33,391 nt of DNA from an uncultured delta proteobacterium (GTDB taxonomy: Bacteria > Desulfobacterota > Binatia > UBA9968). The stretch is from assembly GCA_963840855.1 (NCBI GenBank), contig CAWJBB010000077.1, forward strand, positions 1-33,391. Direction: 5' to 3'. The first letter of the stretch is position 1, and each line of letters begins with the position of its first letter. The notes under the pieces were generated by a model. It did not search any database and was not told the origin of the DNA. It saw nothing but the letters and a program-made list of their open reading frames with translations. The position numbers and the translations under genes were made by a program. Shown one piece after another: positions 11,211 through 20,195 of the stretch.

Positions 11211-11582
11211 GGCCTGTCTCCTTGTCGAATGAAAGCACTTCAAATCGCCGGCGCCGACGGCAATCGGCACCGACAACTCGTCTCGGGGCCGTTCAGGTGA
11301 TAGGAATTTGCTTTTTGGAGGCCGACCCTAATAACTGAACACCGGCTCCATCAGCTGCTTGCAAGGCCGCTATCAACAGCTCGATAGCGAGTCGGACAGA
11401 AAAAGCAGCCTCCATTCGCCGTGTCGTGCGAACCCTATCCGATAAGCTGGTCTTATACAATCTTAATCGGCTTGAGTGAGAGGGGATCAACCTTGCCTCC
11501 AGGCTAGGGTGCAGAAAACGGAACGTCGTAGGAAGTCATGAAGCATGACGCGCGCCCAGCAACCGGCGCTATTCGCGGAACA

Positions 11583-11663
11583 CGGCTGCTGCGCTTCGGA
11601 TATCACTCCAACAGCAAGCAGTACCACTGCAATCAGGATTGATGACAGACCAGCTTTCTTCAT
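11583..11663 (-). pseudogene. 5' (signal peptide only) fragment of an ABC_sub_bind SBP gene
   Basis: MKKAGLSSILIAVVLLAVGVISEAQQP versus MKKAAVPSILVAVVLLALGVIAEAQQA at 16706; similarity then stops. Confidence 0.8.
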
Positions 11664-11765
11664 CCATCTATCAAGAACGAGGAAATTTTCGAGACGTGAA
11701 CCAAATTGGAATGAAAAACCCAGCTTCGGAGGGTAGAGACTGGCTTCGCTTTGGAAGCGAGACCG

Positions 11766-11829
11766 TCAGCACCAAAACCGGTCTATCTTTTGTCACTGTA
11801 ACGGTGTCTTTTTCCTTGCGAGATGAACT
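11766..11829 (+). repeat. 64-bp direct repeat, copy A (ends in a junction-site left arm)
   Basis: 55/64 identical to 14116-14179 by manual alignment. Confidence 0.9.
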
Positions 11830-12208
11830 GACTGATTTGATCCCCAATTTGTTGGAAAGAGTCTGGACGTGACTTGTCGAGTGTTCTAGGCCGAGCCGAC
11901 GAATAGTATTCCGTCAACTTAAGCTCGACGCCAATCTATAACCTAGCATCTATCACAACTATGGAAAAAAAATATTAGACATTGTTCTTATTTGCGAATA
12001 AAAGATGTCGAGGTCTCGTCCTTCAAGAATTCATTTGTCGAGGGGGATGGTCCACGATGGCAAGATTATCTTCCGGAGCGCCGCCGCTGAAACAGCTCAG
12101 CAGAGGTCTAAGACTGATAGGGCGACGTAAACGAAAGTATTGTTTCCGTGTCACTCAGTGAAAGAACCAACAGTCTGCGCCTAAAAGGAAGGAGGGTTTC
12201 GCAAGAAT

Positions 12209-13897
12209 ATGGTTAAACTGATTCTTGATAACTGTCATCGTGCCGTTCGAGCACAATTAGTGCTGGGATTGATAGCCACCGCGGTCACTGTTGCCGCAGC
12301 CGTTGCTCCCGCGGCCGCTGATAAGATGGATGACTCTCCGGACCTTGTTCTGTACGATGGGAAGATTTCCACGGTCGACGCGAACAACTCGACCGTCGAG
12401 GCGATTGCGATTCGCGACGGGACGATCATCGCGAGAGGCGGGAGCAGACAGGTCCGGGCGCTAGCGACGAAGAGCACCCGGCTGATCAACCTCAACGGCC
12501 GCCGAGTGCTGCCCGGCCTGATCGATGGCCACCTTCACGGAATGCGCAACGCCTATCATTGCTTCACCCAAACGGTTCGTCTGGACCTTGTCACCTCCCG
12601 GACAGAGGCCCTTGCCGCCTATGCGGCGAAGGCCGCCTCGCTCTCGGCAGGCCGATGGATCTGGACGACATCCGGCGGCTGGAACCTTAACCAGCTCGAC
12701 ACCCCCATGGTCTTCACCCTCAACGAGCTCAGCGCCGCGGCGCCGAACAATCCGGTCTGGATTCAGGGCAGCGGCGTGACCGGAACTCGGGTGAATCAGG
12801 CGGCGCTGACTGCGCTCGGGCTGAGTGCGGGTGACCCAGGAGTGGTGCTGGATGCCAACGGTCAGCCCACCGGTCAGTTGAACGCGCCGGCGACCACCTT
12901 GGCAAACCAGGCGATCATCGCCCAGCTCGACAGCCTGACCTTGGAGCAGCGGGCGGCGTGTCTGGCGCGCTTCATGCGGGAAGTCAACCGCCGCGGCATG
13001 ACCGCTTGGAAGGATGCCGGTGGCAACCAAGCCCCATGGGGCGGCGGAGCGGCTGAGATCGGCGATCGTTTCAATGTGCGCGAGCCCACGATGCACCTCT
13101 ATCGAAGCGGCGGGTTCACGGTCCGTATCGCCTATCACGACATGAGCAACTACCAGGGGTTCCAGCAGGTTCTGCTCGACACCCGCACCAGGGTCGGGCC
13201 TCTCGGCGACGATGTGTTCCGCTACATGGGTCCCGGTGAGGACACGATGGCGACCGATACGGACTACCCTGACTTCACGCGCTACGCCGCCTCCAAGCGG
13301 TTCAGCGTCGAGACTCACGTGGGGGATCTGGACGCAATCCTCACTGGGTTCGAAGCGGGAAACGCCGTGTATCCAATCTCCCAGTTGATCTGGATGATCG
13401 CACACCCCGATAACGGTCAGCCAAACGACACGCAGCTTGATCGCGCATCGGCGCTAGGGATCGGTTACCACTTGACATTCTCCGGGGTGAGGAACGGGCA
13501 AACAGGTCCGCGGTTTCGTAGCACGATGGAGAGCGGCGTACGCATGTGCCTGGCCTCGGATGCGATGAACGTGTCGCCGTATGCGCCGTTCCAGAACCTG
13601 TGGTATGTCACGACTGGCCAAACGCTTCTTCCGGGTGTGCCGGGAGTACCCGTGGCCCAGCGGCTCACGCGCGAGGAGGCACTTCGCCACGCCACCGTCG
13701 AGTGCGCTTGGTTCCTCGGCCAAGAGGGCAGGCTGGGGTCACTAGAAGTCGGCAAGCACGCCGACCTCATCGTGCTGAGCGACGACTACTTCGCCGTGGC
13801 GGACAGCGCGACCAAGGACATCCGCTCCGTACTTACGGTCGTTGCCGGCCGCATTGTCTACGCCGACGCGGAGTATACCGGCCTGGAACAAAACTAA
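12209..13897 (+). CDS. Secreted amidohydrolase 3 (YtcJ-like) family protein
   Basis: Signal peptide; DLVLYDGKISTVD, LPGLIDGHLH (HxH), ASDA, GSLEVGKHADLIVL, TVVAGRIVY. Confidence 0.9.
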   Translation: MVKLILDNCHRAVRAQLVLGLIATAVTVAAAVAPAAADKMDDSPDLVLYDGKISTVDANNSTVEAIAIRDGTIIARGGSRQVRALATKSTRLINLNGRRVLPGLIDGHLHGMRNAYHCFTQTVRLDLVTSRTEALAAYAAKAASLSAGRWIWTTSGGWNLNQLDTPMVFTLNELSAAAPNNPVWIQGSGVTGTRVNQAALTALGLSAGDPGVVLDANGQPTGQLNAPATTLANQAIIAQLDSLTLEQRAACLARFMREVNRRGMTAWKDAGGNQAPWGGGAAEIGDRFNVREPTMHLYRSGGFTVRIAYHDMSNYQGFQQVLLDTRTRVGPLGDDVFRYMGPGEDTMATDTDYPDFTRYAASKRFSVETHVGDLDAILTGFEAGNAVYPISQLIWMIAHPDNGQPNDTQLDRASALGIGYHLTFSGVRNGQTGPRFRSTMESGVRMCLASDAMNVSPYAPFQNLWYVTTGQTLLPGVPGVPVAQRLTREEALRHATVECAWFLGQEGRLGSLEVGKHADLIVLSDDYFAVADSATKDIRSVLTVVAGRIVYADAEYTGLEQN

Positions 13898-13914
13898 AAG
13901 ACACTGACTGAACG

Positions 13915-13948
13915 CCGGCTCTCGCGTACAGCAGAGAGCCGGTGTCTT
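13915..13948 (+). terminator. Hairpin after the amidohydrolase, possible terminator
   Basis: ccggctctc / gagagccgg 9-bp stem; weak U tract. Confidence 0.45.
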
Positions 13949-14115
13949 CGGGATTGGAACAGAACCGAAGTCTAGGCGCTTTCCTTGCGCGAATTTTGGG
14001 CGCAGGAAAATGATCGGCAGATTCTTGAGCAAAAGAGCTCTCCGCATTGGGTTGTTCACACTTCAACTCAATCCCGTTGCTCATAATTCGTATTACCGCG
14101 GTCGAACTGAGGCTT

Positions 14116-14179
14116 TCAGCACCAAAATCGGTATATCTTTTGATACTCTAATAGGGTCTTTTTCCTTGCGCGATGAACT
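14116..14179 (+). repeat. 64-bp direct repeat, copy B
   Basis: 55/64 identical to 11766-11829. Confidence 0.9.
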
Positions 14180-14198
14180 ACCGGAATTCAGCGCAGTC

Positions 14199-14259
14199 TG
14201 TTGAACCCCAAAATGTTATCAGGGATTTAATTGAAGGAGAATTCAGTTCAATTCTGGCA
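14199..14259. repeat. Junction site copy (ttgaac...ggattt...aggagaattcagttcaattctggca)
   Basis: Right arm matches aggagaaatcagttcaatcctggca at 23/25. Confidence 0.8.
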
Positions 14260-14400
14260 TCGCGGCTAAGCGTTTCACTGTCTAATTTCGCGGTGCTTTG
14301 CTGTTGCGCCTATCCTGCCGCTTGACTTTTTAGCGTGTCAAGAATAGAAGGCCCTTCTGCTCGTCGAGTGCCTTTACTACAAACTACAGGGAGGGTTTAT

Positions 14401-15516
14401 ATGTTGTTTCGCCATTCTACCAACCCTACTTCGTTTTTCTCCATCCTTATGGCTGCGCTCATTTTCTCGCTCTCTATGGCGGGGGTTGCTACGGCGCAGG
14501 GCAACACCAGTCTGGGGATAGATGCGCTTCAGAACAACACCACGGGCGAGTTCAACACCGCCAGCGGAGCCAGTGCGCTCTTTAGCAACACCACGGGCAG
14601 CCTCAACACCGCCAGCGGAGTCGGTGCGCTCGTTAGCAACACCACGGGCTTCCAAAACACCGCCAGCGGAGTCCAGGCGCTCTTTAGCAACACCACGGGC
14701 GAGTTCAACACCGCCAGCGGAGTCAATGCGCTCTTTGGCAACACCACGGGCAGCCTCAACACCGCCAGCGGAGTCGGTGCGCTCGTTAGCAACACCACGG
14801 GCTTCCAAAACACCGCCAGCGGAGTCCAGGCGCTCTTTAGCAACACCACGGGCGAGAACAACACCGCCTTTGGAGTCAGTGCGCTCTCTTTCAACACCAC
14901 GGGCAACAACAACACCGCCATCGGGGCCGGAGCCGATGTGACTGCTGGGAATCTGACCAATGCTACGGCTATCGGCTTTTTAGCCGCGGTCAATCTCAGC
15001 AATAAGATCCGGCTGGGAAACAATCAGGTCACGATGATCGAGGGGAATGTGGCGTTTACTGCCAGTTCGGACAAGACCCAGAAGGAAAACTTCCAGCCGG
15101 TCGATGGAGAAGAAGTGCTGGGAAAGATTCGCGGCTTTGAGCTATCGAGCTGGAACTTCATTGGCCACGATCCCAAGAAGTTTCGCCACTATGGTCCCAT
15201 GGCGCAAGACTTCTATGCAGCCTTCGGCCACGACGAATTAGGACAGATCGGCTCGGCGACGACGATCAACTCCGGCGATCTGGCGGGGATTCTTATGATC
15301 GCCGTGCAGGCGCTGGAGAAGCGCACGGCGGAGCTAAAACAAAAGGAGGCGCAGCTTGCGGTGCTGGAATCGAAAGTCGAAGAGCTAAAAGCGAAGTACG
15401 CCTACTTTGAGACTGTGGCGGCGCGGCTGGAGGGGCTGGAGTTGCGACAGAACCACTCGATCCAGATAACAGCCGGGAAAAGCCTCAGCGATAAGATGGT
15501 CGACGTGATGCCGTAA
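14401..15516 (+). CDS. Secreted repeat protein with C-terminal peptidase S74 (intramolecular chaperone) domain and coiled coil
   Basis: RBS ggaggg; signal peptide; NTTG repeats; SSDKTQKENF, HYGPMAQDF, LMIAVQALEKR. Confidence 0.85.
   Translation: MLFRHSTNPTSFFSILMAALIFSLSMAGVATAQGNTSLGIDALQNNTTGEFNTASGASALFSNTTGSLNTASGVGALVSNTTGFQNTASGVQALFSNTTGEFNTASGVNALFGNTTGSLNTASGVGALVSNTTGFQNTASGVQALFSNTTGENNTAFGVSALSFNTTGNNNTAIGAGADVTAGNLTNATAIGFLAAVNLSNKIRLGNNQVTMIEGNVAFTASSDKTQKENFQPVDGEEVLGKIRGFELSSWNFIGHDPKKFRHYGPMAQDFYAAFGHDELGQIGSATTINSGDLAGILMIAVQALEKRTAELKQKEAQLAVLESKVEELKAKYAYFETVAARLEGLELRQNHSIQITAGKSLSDKMVDVMP
14536..14925 (+). repeat. Intragenic tandem repeat, 8 x 51 bp (17 aa), with 153-bp higher-order period
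   Basis: aacaccacgggc recurs at 14536, 14587, 14638, 14689, 14740, 14791, 14842 and 14893. Confidence 0.95.
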
Positions 15517-15610
15517 GTAAATAGTAGTAGTCAAAAAAATTTTGATTTCCCTGGAGGGTCTTGAACTTTACGGACAGAAGGTTATTCCTCGAATGAGAAG
15601 ACCAGAATTA

Positions 15611-15688
15611 GCCTGAGATTGAACTAATCGACGCAACAGTCGCGTCTTGTAGGATTAAGTCGTAGGAGAAATCAGTTCAATCCTGGCA
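15611..15688. repeat. Junction site, most complete copy (gcctgagattgaacta...tcagttcaatcctggca)
   Basis: Inverted arms GATTGAACT / AGTTCAATC; 31 bp identical to 226-256. Confidence 0.85.
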
Positions 15689-15695
15689 TTTTCCA

Positions 15696-16706
15696 TCACT
15701 TGATTACCCTATCCGCTCTCGCCAGCACATTCGGCGGAATCGTTAGCCCGATCTGCTTCGCTGCTTTCAGATTGATGATGAACTCAAACTTTGTTGGTTG
15801 CTCGACAGGGAGTTCAGCCGGGTTGGAGCCCTTTAGGATCTTGTCGACATAGGTCGCTGCGCGGTAATACAGATCGCCTGTGTTGACGCCATAGGCCATG
15901 AGGCCCCCTTCCTCGACAAATTGCCTTGTCGGGTACATTCCTGGCCAACGATTCTTTAAGGCAAGTTCCACTATGCGCTTCGAATGAAGAGTCGTTAGTG
16001 GATCGAGCATGGTCAGGAGCGCGTTCAGCCGCGCTTTTTTCATCCCTACGAATGCAGTGTCAATATCTTCACCGGAGCGAACCTCTAGGGAATGAAGCTG
16101 TAGCCTATAAGCCTGGGCCGCCACCTCTATTTCCTTGAACGCGTTCGCCGCCGGTATGCTCAAAGTGCGCCCCCAACGTTGAACGGCGGCATCCGTTGGA
16201 TTCCAGAGCACGCCTATACGGGTAATCTTGGGCAAAGTCTCTTTTAGCAGCTCCAACCGCTTACCGCTCAGCTCCGGCAGCAGTACTGATAAGCCCGTGA
16301 CGTTTCCTCCAGGTCTCGCCAAACTGGCAGCTAGACCCGTGCCGACTAGATCTCCGGTTGTTAGTACGATGGGAATAGTCTTAGTTACTTGCTGGGCCGC
16401 ATAGGCGCTTCCAGAGGTCGTGGTCACAATGACATCGACCTTGAGACTTACCAGCTCGGCTGCGAGTTCGCGTAGCCGATCGAATTTTCCCTCGGCATAG
16501 CGGTACTCAAAGACAATGTTTTTCCCCTCAACATATCCCAACTCGCGCAGCCCCCGCAGAAATGACTCCAAATGGGGTTGGTTCCGGGAGCCAAAAAAGA
16601 GCACACCTATGCGGTGCGTCTTTCCCGCTTGCTGCGCCTCGGCTATCACTCCAAGAGCAAGCAATACCACTGCAACAAGGATTGATGGCACCGCAGCCTT
16701 CTTCAT
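15696..16706 (-). CDS. ABC transporter substrate-binding protein (ABC_sub_bind)
   Basis: Signal peptide; GLRELGYVEGKNI, SLARPGGNVTG, C-terminal IPPNVLARADRVIK. Confidence 0.92.
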   Translation of the reverse strand: MKKAAVPSILVAVVLLALGVIAEAQQAGKTHRIGVLFFGSRNQPHLESFLRGLRELGYVEGKNIVFEYRYAEGKFDRLRELAAELVSLKVDVIVTTTSGSAYAAQQVTKTIPIVLTTGDLVGTGLAASLARPGGNVTGLSVLLPELSGKRLELLKETLPKITRIGVLWNPTDAAVQRWGRTLSIPAANAFKEIEVAAQAYRLQLHSLEVRSGEDIDTAFVGMKKARLNALLTMLDPLTTLHSKRIVELALKNRWPGMYPTRQFVEEGGLMAYGVNTGDLYYRAATYVDKILKGSNPAELPVEQPTKFEFIINLKAAKQIGLTIPPNVLARADRVIK

Positions 16707-16810
16707 TGCGTACCTCGTTTCGAGCGTTATGTATCACGCGGACGAGAATAAAGAAAAGGTAATTTACGCCGAAAGGCGACAGGAAGTCGTCGAGTAGGAA
16801 GGTCGGATTT

Positions 16811-16830
16811 CTCCTGAGATTGAACTGAAT
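16811..16830. repeat. Junction site left arm
   Basis: cctgagattgaact at 16813-16826 is identical to 15612-15625. Confidence 0.7.
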
Positions 16831-16849
16831 GACTCCTCAATGCGGTCTC

Positions 16850-17030
16850 GTGTCGATAGCAGCCGACCACTCAACGGAATCGTTAAACCCTTCTTGTTCT
16901 TTGACAGTTCAATTGGCAATCGGATCACTTTTGCTTCCAGGTCAATATGTTTGTCCTCCAGTTTCTTTGCTGCTCCGCTCCTCATTCCGACGAACCAGCA
17001 GAAACTGATCAAAGAGCATGGATCAGGCTT
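16850..17030 (-). pseudogene. Tyrosine recombinase (phage-integrase family) fragment
   Basis: LISFCWFVGMRSGAAKKL...IDLEAKVIRLP...SKNKKGLTIPL is the box I Arg and catalytic Lys region; HxxR and Tyr are absent. Confidence 0.7.
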
Positions 17031-17403
17031 ATCTCCTCGATCCTCTGTCTGCCAGCGACTCGCTGTAATGACTTTATGAGGGTTCAGAAATTAAAGGTCG
17101 GCGATCGAATAAAGGAGTGAATTAAAGAGGGTTCGGATAGCAGTGAAACCAGAGCGAAGCGGGAGCGGCCCGAAGCTTCGTCAACATCTTCAATCGGAGA
17201 TTCGCATTCGAAATAATCGTCCAAGCCCTCCGTCACAATCTACAGCGAAATCAACCGGACCCCGATCCAAGATTTCTCTCAAATTATCGGTCAAATCCTG
17301 AACGAGATTTCAGCCACAAATCGAAATCTAAACGAAATCAGTCGCTGTACAGCGCTGTTGTAGAAGGCTAGTGGTCTCTGATATCACAGTGGCCTGAGTG
17401 CAC

Positions 17404-17449
17404 AATGGCATTCAAGAGGTCGTCGGTTCGATCCCGATCGGCTCCACCA
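17404..17449 (+). other. 3' fragment of tRNA-Ala(GGC), probable attR of an integrated element
   Basis: aatggcattcaagaggtcgtcggttcgatcccgatcggctccacca has anticodon loop, T-arm and CCA; no D-arm or 5' acceptor strand upstream. Confidence 0.85.
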
Positions 17450-17539
17450 ATCGACTCGCGTTAAACGCGCTTGCTCATGGCAGGCCATTTATTCCCGCCA
17501 CCTTACATTAGAATGGAGCGCTTCAACAGGTAAAGGAGT

Positions 17540-18452
17540 GTGACCGTCATGGCTTTTCCCGATTTCGTAGATGCGTACCAGTGGAATTACCGGCCGCAGC
17601 ATCCCAGGCGGCCTGACTGGTTCAGGGAATGGCCTGGCGGCGCCAGGATGGCGGTGATGCTCATCTTGCTGCACGAATGGGAGTCGGTGCCCGCACCAGG
17701 CAGGCCGATGCCCAGCGGAGCACACCATACATTCGACTACCTGGCGCTGGGCGCGCGTGAATATGGCGCGAGGTTCGGGATCTGGCGCCTCCTGGACGTA
17801 TTGGACCGGCACAAGGTCAAGGCCACGGTCGTCACAAGTGGTCTGGTCGCTGAACTATTCCCGGAGAGCGTGCGAGAGGTTAGAGCGCGAGGGCACGAAC
17901 TCGCCACCCACGGGTGGGATCAATCGATGCATCCTCCTGTCTTCAAAACAAGGGACGACGAACGAATCGCGGTCGTTAAATCCATAACTGCACTCGAACA
18001 GGCCACCAAAGAGCGAATCGTCGGGTACATGTCCCAGGGGCCGCGGCCGACGCCGAACACGCTGGACATATGTGCGGAGCTCGGGTTTGTCTGGACTGCT
18101 GACTATTCTGACTCGGACGTCCCGTACGTCATCGACGTGAATGGGAAAAACGATCGTGTCGGTGGGCTATGTCATGCCGAATTACACTGACAACAATCTC
18201 GTACCACTCGGTCTGGCTGCGGGTCTTAGCCAAATAAAGGATGCCTTCGATGCCAGCTACGAGGAGTCTCAGAGGCATCCCATGAAGTTCTGCTACGCCT
18301 GCCACGTGCACATCAGCGGCAGACCCGGGATGAGCAAGTTATTGGATCAATTCATCGCCTATGCCCAGCGGCACGATGGGGTGCGGTTTTACCCTTGCAT
18401 CGATATCGCAAACTTCTGGCTCCAACGAGAAGGAAATAAATTTGCGCCGTGA
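17540..18452 (+). pseudogene. Polysaccharide deacetylase (PuuE-like CE4) family protein, frameshifted at A5 run 18146-18150
   Basis: WPGGARMAV, REYGARFGIWRLLDVL, GHELATHGW, then NGKTIVSVGY and HVHISGRP in the next frame. Confidence 0.85.
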
Positions 18453-18618
18453 CCCTTCTCTGGTAAAATTTAACGGCGTGTTTTCACATAACCGAGATCC
18501 CCGAATTGGCTTCTGCTGGCGGGGTGGGCTGTGATAGTCACGCCAATTGCGTAACGCAAATTGCGTAATATAAAGAACCCCTTTGAATACGGTGGCGTGG
18601 TGATCGGAAACGCCTTCA

Positions 18619-18647
18619 TTGAAGCCCGCTAGGCCTTGTGTTATAAA
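18619..18647 (+). promoter_or_regulatory. Putative sigma70 promoter of rpmE
   Basis: TTGAAG-17 bp-TATAAA with extended -10 TG. Confidence 0.5.
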
Positions 18648-18663
18648 CTTTTGAGAGGTTGTT

Positions 18664-18867
18664 ATGAAAGAAGGCATCCATCCGGCATACAAAACCGCCG
18701 TCATCGCTTGCGCTTGTGGCCATACGGTCGAAACCCGCTCCACGGTGGGTAACATCCACGTGGAAATCTGCTCCGCCTGCCACCCTTTTTATACCGGCAA
18801 GCAGAAATTGGTCGATACGGCGGGGCGCGTGGAAAAATTCAGAAAAAAATACGGTCTCAAGAACTGA
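18664..18867 (+). CDS. rpmE: 50S ribosomal protein L31 (Zn-binding type)
   Basis: [32 protein letters not shown]. Confidence 0.98.
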   Translation: MKEGIHPAYKTAVIACACGHTVETRSTVGNIHVEICSACHPFYTGKQKLVDTAGRVEKFRKKYGLKN

Positions 18868-18920
18868 TCCGCGCGGAGGATTGAGGCTGAATGTGACCTA
18901 TTAAACGTTTAAGGTTCTGA

Positions 18921-18957
18921 AAGGGCAAAGGGCGGATCGTTCCTTTGCCCTTTTTTT
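18921..18957 (+). terminator. Rho-independent terminator after rpmE
   Basis: aagggcaaagg / cctttgccctt stem followed by a T run. Confidence 0.85.
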
Positions 18958-19099
18958 ATTCTCCTTCGCCGAATACCTCGCAGCTTGCTGCGAGGATGAA
19001 GGTGAGGAGAACCCTCCGTAGCCTTGGCGAAGGAGGGTGGAAGGGCTTCGGAGAATTTCGCAAGATACCTCGGAGCTTTGCTCCGAGGAGCTTCATTTC
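18958..19099. repeat. Palindromic element with two related hairpins and an internal REP-like hairpin
   Basis: cctcgcagc-tt-gctgcgagg (18976-18995), cctcggagc-ttt-gctccgagg (19068-19088), ccctcc...ggaggg (19012-19037). Confidence 0.7.
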
Positions 19100-19133
19100 T
19101 CTTGTCCCAGTCTAAGAGCTGTAGCTTAAATAT

Positions 19134-20195
19134 ATGTTCGAGAAGCTCGCCGAAGTTGAAAAACGTTATCAGGAGCTGGAAGATCTGATGTCGGACCCCA
19201 ACCTGCTCCATCAACAGAAGGAGTACTCCAAACTCGCCAAGGAGCGCTCGGAGCTAGGGGAGATCGTCGCCTGTTATCGCGAATGGAAAAAGGTGGAACG
19301 GGAATCCCAGGACAACCGCTCGCTCCTTGAGGAAAACGATGAAGCGATCCGGGAGCTGGCCAAAGAGGAATTGAACACGCTGCGCGAGCGCAAAGAGAGG
19401 CTCGAAAGCCAACTCAAGGTTTTGATCCTGCCCAAAGATCCCAACGACAGCAAGAACGTCATCCTGGAGATTCGCGCCGGTACAGGCGGCGACGAAGCAG
19501 CCCTTTTCGCCGCGGAATTATTCAGAATGTACAGCCGCTACGCCGAATCGCGCGGCTGGCGCGTCGAGTTGATGACATCCAATCCCACCGGCTTGGGCGG
19601 TTTTAAAGAAATTATCGTTAGCATCGAAGGACATGGCGCCTACAGCCGGCTCAAGTTCGAAAGCGGGGTGCACCGCGTGCAGCGCGTGCCGGTGACGGAG
19701 GGATCGGGGCGTATTCACACCTCGGCCGTGACCGTGGCGGTGTTGCCGGAGGCCGATGAAGTGGAAGTCGCCATCGACCCGAAGGAAATTAGAATCGATG
19801 TCTTTCGCTCGTCCGGCCCCGGCGGGCAAAGTGTTAACACGACGGACTCGGCCGTGCGCATCACCCATATCCCCACGGGCATCGTGATTTCCTGCCAGGA
19901 TGAGAAGTCGCAGCACAAGAACCGCGCCAAGGGAATGAAAATCCTGCGCGCGCGCTTGCTGGAAAAAAAGCAGGAAGAGCAGCGCTCGGAAATCGCCGCG
20001 ACACGAAAGTCCATGGTCGGCAGCGGCGACCGGAGCGAACGCATTCGCACCTATAATTTTCCCCAGGGGCGACTCACGGACCACCGAATCAACTTGACGA
20101 TTTATCAATTGGACCGGCTCATGGAAGGTCAAATCGACGACGTGGTGGAGGCGCTGATCACGCACTATCAGGCGGAGGTGTTGAAGGCGAGCTGA
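19134..20195 (+). CDS. prfA: Peptide chain release factor 1
   Basis: [14 protein letters not shown] recognition motif, GGQ motif. Confidence 0.98.
   Translation: MFEKLAEVEKRYQELEDLMSDPNLLHQQKEYSKLAKERSELGEIVACYREWKKVERESQDNRSLLEENDEAIRELAKEELNTLRERKERLESQLKVLILPKDPNDSKNVILEIRAGTGGDEAALFAAELFRMYSRYAESRGWRVELMTSNPTGLGGFKEIIVSIEGHGAYSRLKFESGVHRVQRVPVTEGSGRIHTSAVTVAVLPEADEVEVAIDPKEIRIDVFRSSGPGGQSVNTTDSAVRITHIPTGIVISCQDEKSQHKNRAKGMKILRARLLEKKQEEQRSEIAATRKSMVGSGDRSERIRTYNFPQGRLTDHRINLTIYQLDRLMEGQIDDVVEALITHYQAEVLKAS

Noticed and set aside
9979-11300. Long alternative ORFs (335 aa, 354 aa) over the Tm-1-like gene, and similar shadows over the amidohydrolase, prfA, murA and hslU
   Set aside because: These are stop-poor frames expected from high-GC3 coding sequence; no motifs or RBS support.
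11293-11490. 65-aa ORF
   Set aside because: No recognisable motif, RBS or canonical start; may be an unidentified gene remnant.
12060-12140. c-di-GMP-I riboswitch upstream of the amidohydrolase
   Set aside because: ggtctaag is present but the GCAAA motifs and P1 pairing were not found; an Rfam search would settle it.
14076-14103. Xer dif/pdif site (gttgctcataa ttcgta tta...)
   Set aside because: The XerC-like arm is fair but the XerD arm matches only TTA, and it is not repeated at other junctions.
14536-14925. CRISPR array
   Set aside because: Units are in-frame 51-bp coding repeats without unique spacers, and no cas genes are present.
17370-17449. Intact tRNA-Ala gene
   Set aside because: The 5' acceptor strand, D-arm and 5' anticodon stem are missing; only the 3' part is present.
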